A DNA stretch of 64,000 bases, taken from NCBI GenBank assembly GCA_002503285.1, contig DARI01000010.1, positions 21,081 through 85,080 of the forward strand. The letters run 5' to 3'. This DNA is from Euryarchaeota archaeon UBA557 (GTDB taxonomy: Archaea > Thermoplasmatota > Poseidoniia > Poseidoniales > Thalassarchaeaceae). Below the pieces are notes generated by a model. It was not told the origin of the DNA and ran no database searches. It saw only the letters and a list, made by a program, of their open reading frames with translations. Positions within the stretch are counted from its first letter, which is position 1, and each line of letters starts with the position of its first letter. Shown here in pieces: positions 57,699 to 64,000 of the stretch. The position numbers and the translations under genes are program-made.

Positions 57699-58418
57699 TT
57701 AAGAATAAAGTAAATCTGCTAATTCATCTTGAATGAATTGTACAGCCTCTAATATCTCATCTTTATGCCTTGCACCAGTTATAACCATCTTTCCACTTCC
57801 AAATATTAAACAAACTACTTTTGGATAGTCAAGACGGTAAATCAATCCAGGAAACTGTTCCGGCTCATATTCTACCTTATCGAAGGGAAGATGAAATGTT
57901 AAATTGTTTAGATTTAATTTTCTTGGCAATCCTGCTAAGGGTTCTCCAGCTTTAACGCCTCTTACCCTTGGATCTTCGTCTTTTACTTCTTTGTCTGTAG
58001 CGGCCCTTAGCCCGCCGTCTTCTTCTACTAATTTACAATTTTGATCATCTCTTTCTGCTATTTGATCATAATCTTCTGGATAATATAAAGAATATGTGGC
58101 TACCATATTTTGAACCTCAATTTCAACATCCTTTAGATCCCATGTATCTATTCCTGCAGCTCTTAAGTCCTCAGTCATTCTTTTAATTCCAGTATGAATA
58201 TTGTCTTCGTTCTTACCTCCTGTGCAAACTGCCCTGCCCGAACGGAACATGAGAATTGCTAACTTAGGATCCACTACTCTGTAAACTACTCCTGGGAATT
58301 GTTCTGGCTCATATTCACAATTCAATTGAATAGCAATATCTGGTAAGTCTAATTCTTCTGCGACTCTTGTTGATGCAACTACATTTACAACAGTCAAACG
58401 TTCTTCGTCACTAAGCAT
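57699..58418 (-). CDS. tbp: TATA-box binding protein with an insertion in repeat 2
   Basis: Two TBP repeats (VVNVVAS…EYEPEQFPGVVYRV…FRSGRAVCTG; VQNMVAT…EYEPEQFPGLIYRL…FGSGKMVITG). It is 239 aa, against roughly 180-190 aa for a typical archaeal TBP. Confidence 0.9.
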   Translation of the reverse strand: MLSDEERLTVVNVVASTRVAEELDLPDIAIQLNCEYEPEQFPGVVYRVVDPKLAILMFRSGRAVCTGGKNEDNIHTGIKRMTEDLRAAGIDTWDLKDVEIEVQNMVATYSLYYPEDYDQIAERDDQNCKLVEEDGGLRAATDKEVKDEDPRVRGVKAGEPLAGLPRKLNLNNLTFHLPFDKVEYEPEQFPGLIYRLDYPKVVCLIFGSGKMVITGARHKDEILEAVQFIQDELADLLYS

Positions 58419-58440
58419 AAAGGTCCCAGTGTAATGTCAC

Positions 58441-58448
58441 TTATAAAG
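58441..58448 (-). promoter_or_regulatory. TATA box of tbp (probably leaderless transcript)
   Basis: Minus strand reads CTTTATAA, centred about 27 nt upstream of the tbp ATG (58418). Confidence 0.45.
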
Positions 58449-58494
58449 GATATTTAAAAAAAATCATCACTAATTATCTAAATTAAAAAATAAT

Positions 58495-59469
58495 TTACTT
58501 TACAATGCATACGCCCTTAGAACCTAATTTTGAAATTAAAGGTGAACCACCAGCTATTTCTATTTCTTCTGCGACTCTTTGCGGATTTCTTGACAGTGCG
58601 ACCATACATCCTCCTCCTCCTGCACCCGTCATCTTTGCACCTAATGAATAAGGTCTAGCTGCATCCACTAATCTATCCAGAGAAGGAGTGCTGACTTCTA
58701 ACTCCTGAAGTTTGGCATGGCAAGCATCCATCGCAATACCAACCGCTTCAAAATTACCAATAGAAAGTGCAGTTAGGCCTGTTGTAGTTATACTTGCTAT
58801 TGCCTCCATCTCTTGAAATTTGTTAGGATTAGATATTAATAAATTTGAAACTCCTGATACCATTTTTCCAGTTGGAGAAGCATCACCCGTAAAGCCTAGA
58901 ATTAAGTAGATATCATTCGATTTATTCTGAATATTAACTTTATTTATACTCCATTTACGTTCACCCTCAGGAGTTTTTAAAATTGAGTGAAAAATATTTA
59001 TCGTACCATCTACTTCTTTGCCGGAAACAACAATACAACCCCCTAAAGCACTAGCGGCAGTATCAGTCGGGCTGGCCCTTCCTTCTTGCGAAATAGCTTC
59101 TGCAGAGTGACCCATTTTTGCCAATTTTATAACATCTAATTCTTCGTCATTTCTCAAGTATGTTTGTAATGCAGCACCAAATGCAACAGATAATGCGGCT
59201 GAAGATCCCAATCCAGCTGCAGAAAATAATTCACTTTTTATCTTAATACTTAGAGGATGGCTTTCATATTTGAATAAATCGTGTAATATATGTGAAATAT
59301 GAGGATGTTGATCTGGAATAAATGGCGAACCTTCAATCAACCACTCATCGGATTGTTCCAACGATACATGTACTCCTTGATCTAACGCAACTGCTACTGC
59401 AGGGTGCCCATAAACAACGGCATGTTCTCCGAATAGAATACATTTTCCAGGAGCAAAGGCAACCGCCAT
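58495..59469 (-). CDS. mvk: Mevalonate kinase
   Basis: APGKCILFGEHAVVYG, GLGSSAALSVA, MTGAGGGGC: GHMP motifs I-III. Confidence 0.9.
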   Translation of the reverse strand: MAVAFAPGKCILFGEHAVVYGHPAVAVALDQGVHVSLEQSDEWLIEGSPFIPDQHPHISHILHDLFKYESHPLSIKIKSELFSAAGLGSSAALSVAFGAALQTYLRNDEELDVIKLAKMGHSAEAISQEGRASPTDTAASALGGCIVVSGKEVDGTINIFHSILKTPEGERKWSINKVNIQNKSNDIYLILGFTGDASPTGKMVSGVSNLLISNPNKFQEMEAIASITTTGLTALSIGNFEAVGIAMDACHAKLQELEVSTPSLDRLVDAARPYSLGAKMTGAGGGGCMVALSRNPQRVAEEIEIAGGSPLISKLGSKGVCIVK

Positions 59470-59598
59470 ACCCTTCCGAAGTGTGCATAGGAGATTATCA
59501 TTAGGGAATTAATAGATAAATTAAATCATAGAGCGATTGTTTCAATAGGTTCGACTCTGCGCATGTATTACCACCAAACGAATATAGGAGATTAAATT

Positions 59599-61596
59599 GT
59601 GAAACATCCTCTTCTAATCTACTATGGACCAATTCCAGGTTGGTTAATCTTAACCATCATAGGGAGCGTTGCAGTAAGTTTTTTCCTATATCAGGTAATT
59701 AAAGCAACAAGGTTAGTATTATTGGGAGCTCCTGATGATAGGTTTGATTCCTGGGGCATAAGATTCAAAGAATTACTAGTTGGCTGGTTAGGGCAAAAAA
59801 AGGTATTGAGAGATAAAATTGCTGGTACAATGCATGTTCTGATGTTTTGGGGGTTCTTGATGCTAGCAACCGACATGTTTGATTTGGCATCTGCTAATTT
59901 TTTCTCTAATCACATAATTCCTCAATTACTTATTGGTCCTTGGAATGGAATAGTAGAATTGGGATATACATCAGCATTTATTGGTGCAGTGGCTGCATTA
60001 ATACGAAGAGTTGTTTTTACACCTGAAAAGTTAAAGGGTAAATCTCAATTAGAGGGAAATTTTATTTTGACATTAATACTTACCATAACTTCAACTTCTT
60101 TCATCATTGAATCTAAAGAAGATCCCATAGCATGGGAGCCGATTGGACTATGGCTTGAAGGAATGAATATATCAAATACAATGGCAATAGCATCTTATTG
60201 GGCCCATATGATAGCAATTCTCACATTTTTAATTCTAATTCCACTTTCCAAACATATGCATCTAGTAATGGCATTTCCAAATGTATTTTTTCACGATATT
60301 GAGCCAATGGGAAAAATGAGGCCTCTAGCGATTGGCGAAAATGGCAAAGCAATTCTTCTCGAAGATTTAGATATTGAATCATTTGGCGTTAGCTCTTATG
60401 AACAGTATTCATGGAGGCAATTGATAGATGGATGGTCTTGTACTTCTTGTGCTAGGTGTCAAGACGTATGTCCCGCATATGCATCTGGTAAAAGCTTGAA
60501 TCCAATGCAAGTAATACATGATGTAAGAGATTATGCAAATGAACATGCGCCTATTCTCCTCAAGGGCGAAAAACCTGAAGAAACTATGATGGAACGCATA
60601 GGAGAAGATGCAGTTTGGGCATGTACTACATGTAACGCATGTGTTGATGTGTGCCCATTATACATAGAGCACGTGCCTAAACTTACAGATTTACGTAGAA
60701 ATGCAGTTATGGAAACTATGGAATATCCAGAGGTGCTTAACGTTGCGATGGGGAACCTAGAGTCTGCATCAAATCCATATGGATTTGGAAGTCATGAAAG
60801 GGCTGATTGGGCTGCTGATTTAGATGTAAAAATAGGTGAGCCGGCTGAATATATTTATTTTGTTGGTTGTGCAGCTAGTTTTGATGAACGCAATCAGAAA
60901 GTTGCAAGAGCGACAATATCATTGATGAAGGAGGCTGGACTTGATGTAGGAATACTCGGTATGCAAGAAGGTTGTTCAGGAGATCCAGCTAGAAGGGCTG
61001 GAAATGAATATTTATTTCAAATGTTAGCTGAAACTAATTTAGCAACTTTTCAAGAGTTAGGAGTAAATAAAATAGTTGCATCATGCCCACATTGCTTCCA
61101 CACTTTAGGAAAAGAATATGGAGACTATGGAGGAGATGAATTAGAGGTATTCCACCACACCGAAATGATGGCAATGTTACAAGAAGAGAATAAACTGCCC
61201 CAATTAGATAAAATGGGTAAGAGCATAACCTATCATGATCCTTGTTATTTAGGAAGGATGGGGGACGTGATAGATGAGCCTAGAGCAGTACTCGGAGGTG
61301 TAGATGTTGAAGTTGAGAGGCATGGAAAGGATTCTTTCTGTTGTGGTGCAGGAGGTGCGCAAATGTGGATGGAAGAAGATGCTGATAAAAGAGTAAATAA
61401 AATTAGAGCCGAAGAAATTGCTGCTACAGGATGCGATACTGTGGCCATTGGGTGTCCATTTTGCTCAATAATGGTCAAGGATGGATTAGATTCTGTTGGT
61501 TCAAATATGGATGTAAAAGATGTTGCAGAATTACTTTGGGAACAAATAGTTGCAAAGGATGAAGAAATCCAATCATCAATTACTACTAATTCTTAA
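59599..61596 (+). CDS. Membrane-bound Fe-S oxidoreductase: N-terminal cytochrome-b-like TM domain + 2x[4Fe-4S] ferredoxin + two CCG domains (HdrD/GlpC/EtfD-like)
   Basis: Five or six TM segments with conserved His (TMHVLMFWG, YWAHMIA, SKHMHL). CTSCARCQDVCP and CTTCNACVDVCP. CCG motifs CPHC…, HDPCYLGR, CCGAGG, GCPFC. GTG start preceded by GGAG. Confidence 0.8.
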   Translation: MKHPLLIYYGPIPGWLILTIIGSVAVSFFLYQVIKATRLVLLGAPDDRFDSWGIRFKELLVGWLGQKKVLRDKIAGTMHVLMFWGFLMLATDMFDLASANFFSNHIIPQLLIGPWNGIVELGYTSAFIGAVAALIRRVVFTPEKLKGKSQLEGNFILTLILTITSTSFIIESKEDPIAWEPIGLWLEGMNISNTMAIASYWAHMIAILTFLILIPLSKHMHLVMAFPNVFFHDIEPMGKMRPLAIGENGKAILLEDLDIESFGVSSYEQYSWRQLIDGWSCTSCARCQDVCPAYASGKSLNPMQVIHDVRDYANEHAPILLKGEKPEETMMERIGEDAVWACTTCNACVDVCPLYIEHVPKLTDLRRNAVMETMEYPEVLNVAMGNLESASNPYGFGSHERADWAADLDVKIGEPAEYIYFVGCAASFDERNQKVARATISLMKEAGLDVGILGMQEGCSGDPARRAGNEYLFQMLAETNLATFQELGVNKIVASCPHCFHTLGKEYGDYGGDELEVFHHTEMMAMLQEENKLPQLDKMGKSITYHDPCYLGRMGDVIDEPRAVLGGVDVEVERHGKDSFCCGAGGAQMWMEEDADKRVNKIRAEEIAATGCDTVAIGCPFCSIMVKDGLDSVGSNMDVKDVAELLWEQIVAKDEEIQSSITTNS

Positions 61597-61633
61597 GCGA
61601 GACTATAATATACTTGTTACCACTAGGAACAAT

Positions 61634-62026
61634 ATGGATAAGGATTTCATATTTATAGGTTTGAAAGTACCAAGAATTGCTATGATTGGTGGTTTTTTAT
61701 TAATTTCTTGGGGAATAATGGCCTATTTGCTACAAGAATCTGAATCAAGATCGATAACTGCTATGATACCCTCATTTTTAGGTTTGCCATTATTTGTATT
61801 TGGAATATTATCTGAAGTTGATGAAACTCGAAAACATCACTATATGCATGCATCAATGGTATTTTCTTTACTTATGATACTTGGAGGAATGAGAATAATA
61901 TCTGCCGATAATCCTTCCACATTATTGGTCGCATCACATCTAATGCTAATTTTTGTTGGATCGGCATTCATATTTGTTGGAATAAAATCATTCAAGCATA
62001 ATAGACTATTTAGAGAACAGGAGTAG
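61634..62026 (+). CDS. Hypothetical membrane protein (130 aa)
   Basis: Four hydrophobic segments. ATG at 61634; the ORF-track 5' extension overlaps the upstream gene. Confidence 0.45.
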   Translation: MDKDFIFIGLKVPRIAMIGGFLLISWGIMAYLLQESESRSITAMIPSFLGLPLFVFGILSEVDETRKHHYMHASMVFSLLMILGGMRIISADNPSTLLVASHLMLIFVGSAFIFVGIKSFKHNRLFREQE

Positions 62027-62027
62027 G

Positions 62028-62720
62028 GTGCTATTGAATCCAATAATTGGAATTACGTCTTCGATAAATGTAATCAATTATGAAACTGAAAATCAGTCAG
62101 TAATAATGTCTCCGTTGAATTATTTAAGTGCAGTAAATAGTTCTGGAGGAGTGGGCATAATAATACCTGAAGGAGACAATATTGAAGAAATATTTGGTAT
62201 ATTAGATGGAATAATCATCGCAGGAGGAAGGGACATTAGTCCGGAATTATATGATCAAGGCATTCAAGATTATACATTAGATATCAAAAATAGTCAAGAT
62301 GAATGGGAATTGACCCTTATTAATGAAGCAATAAAGAGAGATTTGCCAATATTGTGCATATGCAGAGGGCATCAATTACTATGTATTGCAAGAGGAGGGA
62401 GTTTGCATCAACATCTACCAGAAACCGAGGGATTTGAAAAACATGGAGAATCGAATGGCAAATGGTCTGAACATAGGGTAATATTAGAACCAAATTCACT
62501 GATAGCATCAATATTGGGTAATGAAGTAATGGTTAATTCTGGACATCATCAAGGTATTTCTGACCCTGGAGATCTAACCGTTGTAGGAAAATCTGAAGAT
62601 GGATTGATAGAGGCATTTGAATTAGAAAGTCAGACATTTTTGATTTCAACTCAATGGCATCCTGAAATGATTTTACAAGATTCCATATTCCAATGTTTAA
62701 TTGATTCAGCGAGAAGTTAA
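62028..62720 (+). CDS. Peptidase C26 / gamma-glutamyl-GABA hydrolase-like class I amidotransferase (copy 1)
   Basis: PIIGIT, GGRDISP, CICRGHQLL (Cys), HHQ, QWHPE. GTG start. Confidence 0.85.
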   Translation: MLLNPIIGITSSINVINYETENQSVIMSPLNYLSAVNSSGGVGIIIPEGDNIEEIFGILDGIIIAGGRDISPELYDQGIQDYTLDIKNSQDEWELTLINEAIKRDLPILCICRGHQLLCIARGGSLHQHLPETEGFEKHGESNGKWSEHRVILEPNSLIASILGNEVMVNSGHHQGISDPGDLTVVGKSEDGLIEAFELESQTFLISTQWHPEMILQDSIFQCLIDSARS

Positions 62721-62746
62721 AAAACAACATATGAGAGGTCGTTAAA

Positions 62747-63463
62747 ATGGATGCAATTATTGAACGGCCGATAATTGGAATTACATGCGGCATAAGGGAG
62801 TCAAGTTTTGCAAATTGGAAAATGGATGCAGCAATATTGCCCTCAACATATGTTTCATCAATAGAAGCAGCAGGAGGAGTCCCATTACTTATCCCTCCCT
62901 CAAAATTTTCAAAATCAATTCTTAATTTGATTAGTGGACTAGTTATAGCAGGCGGGCCGGATATTAATTCTGAAGAATATGGGCAAACTCCAGATTCAAC
63001 GGCTAGTGAATACTATCCTATTCAAGATAAATCTGAGATTTCCCTCATTAATGGAGCATTATATCGTGATATGCCTTTATTGTGTATCTGTAGAGGAATG
63101 CAAATGTTATCAATAATCCATGGAGGACACCTATATCAACACCTTGACTCAACTCCCGGATATGAAAATCATGGTGCATATGATGGTAAATTTAGTAAAC
63201 ATAAAGTAATTTTTAAAACGGATTCTAAAATATCTTCAATAATGGGAGGAGAAATAATTGTTAATTCGACACACCATCAAGGTGTTGCAAATGCTGGAAC
63301 ATTGAGTGTAACTGGAAATGCTAAGCAAGATGGTTTAATAGAAGCAGTAGAGAGACCCGATAAGAAATTTTGTATTGGAGTTCAATGGCATCCTGAAAGA
63401 ATGAGTGGCGTGCATAAGACCCTATATTCAGAACTAGTTAAATCAGCAAAAAAATATATTTAA
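62747..63463 (+). CDS. Peptidase C26 / gamma-glutamyl-GABA hydrolase-like class I amidotransferase (copy 2)
   Basis: PIIGITCG, GGPDINS, CICRGMQML, HHQ, QWHPE. A paralogue of the upstream gene. Confidence 0.85.
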   Translation: MDAIIERPIIGITCGIRESSFANWKMDAAILPSTYVSSIEAAGGVPLLIPPSKFSKSILNLISGLVIAGGPDINSEEYGQTPDSTASEYYPIQDKSEISLINGALYRDMPLLCICRGMQMLSIIHGGHLYQHLDSTPGYENHGAYDGKFSKHKVIFKTDSKISSIMGGEIIVNSTHHQGVANAGTLSVTGNAKQDGLIEAVERPDKKFCIGVQWHPERMSGVHKTLYSELVKSAKKYI

Positions 63464-63484
63464 TTGCCTAGGAAGGAAAAATAT

Positions 63485-64000
63485 ATGACATTGAGAATAC
63501 ATGATACTCGGTCTAAAAAAAAGAGGTTTTTCACCCCCATTAAAGATGGAAAAATTGGCATATATGTGTGCGGAATAACTCCTTATTCACCTAGTCATTT
63601 GGGGCATGCAAGACAAGCTATTTCTTTCGATATCATCACAAGATGGTTAAGAAAATTAGGATATGATGTAAACTATATTACAAATTTTACTGATATTGAC
63701 GATAAAATAATTAAAGTTGCAAATAAAGAAGGTAAAGATTTTTTGGAAATTGCGAATAGAAATATAAAAGATTATTTTCAAGTAATGGATTCCCTTAATG
63801 TAATACGTGCAGATGAGTATTCAAGAGTTACGGAAACTATCCCAGAAATAATTGATATGATATCTATTTTAATTGATAAAGGAAATGCATATATTGGAAA
63901 TGATGGAGTTTATTTTGAAATAGATACTGCTCCAGAAAAATATGGCCAGTTAACTGGTCAAACATTGGAAATGGTTAGATCTGGTGCAGGAGGTAGAGTA
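63485..64000 (+). CDS. cysS: Cysteinyl-tRNA synthetase, 5' part (runs off the window)
   Basis: My own translation: MTLRIHDTRSKKKRFFTPIKDGKIGIYVCGITPYSPSHLGHARQAISFDIITRWL…NFTDIDDKIIK, with a HIGH-type HLGH motif. The frame is open to nt 64000. Confidence 0.9.
   Translation, partial: MTLRIHDTRSKKKRFFTPIKDGKIGIYVCGITPYSPSHLGHARQAISFDIITRWLRKLGYDVNYITNFTDIDDKIIKVANKEGKDFLEIANRNIKDYFQVMDSLNVIRADEYSRVTETIPEIIDMISILIDKGNAYIGNDGVYFEIDTAPEKYGQLTGQTLEMVRSGAGGRV

Noticed and set aside
59540-59565. GGTTCGACTC, which resembles a tRNA T-arm, in the mvk upstream spacer.
   Set aside because: The flanking bases do not form a T-stem, and no acceptor or anticodon arms can be folded. It is not a tRNA or a clear fragment of one.
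59498-59597. Open frame of about 33 codons between the two ATAGGAGATTA repeats.
   Set aside because: It would need an ATC or ATT start, is very short, and has no supporting signal.
1-64000. I looked for prophage, integrative-element, toxin-antitoxin, restriction-modification, CRISPR-Cas or other defence modules.
   Set aside because: I recognised no integrase, transposase, capsid/terminase, nuclease-methylase pair, cas gene or small TA-like gene pair. The only mobility-like hint is the tRNA-flank repeat, reported separately.

Overview
This is an AT-rich, very gene-dense chromosomal segment with about 57 CDS and one tRNA. I found no rRNA, CRISPR array, transposase, integrase or recognisable defence gene. 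The host is an archaeon: the window encodes TBP, CTP-type FAD synthetase RibL, GHMP-type shikimate kinase, ADH synthase with DHQ synthase II, mevalonate kinase and a SepF-like protein. Three secreted subtilases, giant adhesin-like surface proteins, a bacterial-type GpsA, an H+-PPase and HTH_10 regulators suggest a marine heterotrophic Thermoplasmatota lineage like Poseidoniales (MG-II/III). That placement is inference only.

Gene blocks, in order:
- phnCE
- gpsA and tRNA-Leu
- a 2,178-2,204 aa subtilase/RCC1 giant protein
- xthA
- the aroA'-aroB'-aroK-aroC operon
- a DUF4350-MoxR-DUF58 operon
- a seven-gene molybdo-flavoenzyme operon (xdhC, S8 protease, HTH_10, 2Fe-2S/Mo/FAD subunits, secreted protein), with mocA upstream
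- a CaCA exchanger
- a Zn-ribbon protein fused to 2-oxoacid dehydrogenase E1 alpha/beta
- moeB-rhodanese and trxB
- ribB-ribL-ribE-ribH
- a subtilase fused to an AmpG-type MFS permease
- grx, an esterase and hppA
- a GATase, nfu, polX, nth and bcp
- a SepF-like gene
- a 1,131 aa PKD surface protein
- tbp and mvk
- a membrane HdrD/EtfD-like Fe-S oxidoreductase
- two tandem C26 amidotransferase-type hydrolases
- the 5' part of cysS

Most unusual observations:
1. A single ORF fuses an extracellular S8 protease to an AmpG/PAT-family transporter, which could be a 'cleave-and-import' module.
2. The TBP carries a charged insertion of about 55 aa in its second repeat.
3. The giant protein combines an S8 domain, two 7-bladed RCC1 propellers, ephrin-receptor-like Cys modules and TSP3-like repeats. 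Its gene is bracketed by tRNA-Leu and an inverted near-copy of the tRNA 3' end.
4. The Mo-enzyme resembles 4-hydroxybenzoyl-CoA reductase. Its FAD subunit has a Cys-rich insert, and a protease and a regulator sit inside the operon behind a palindromic operator-like site.

All functional calls rest on motif recognition by eye. No database search was possible.
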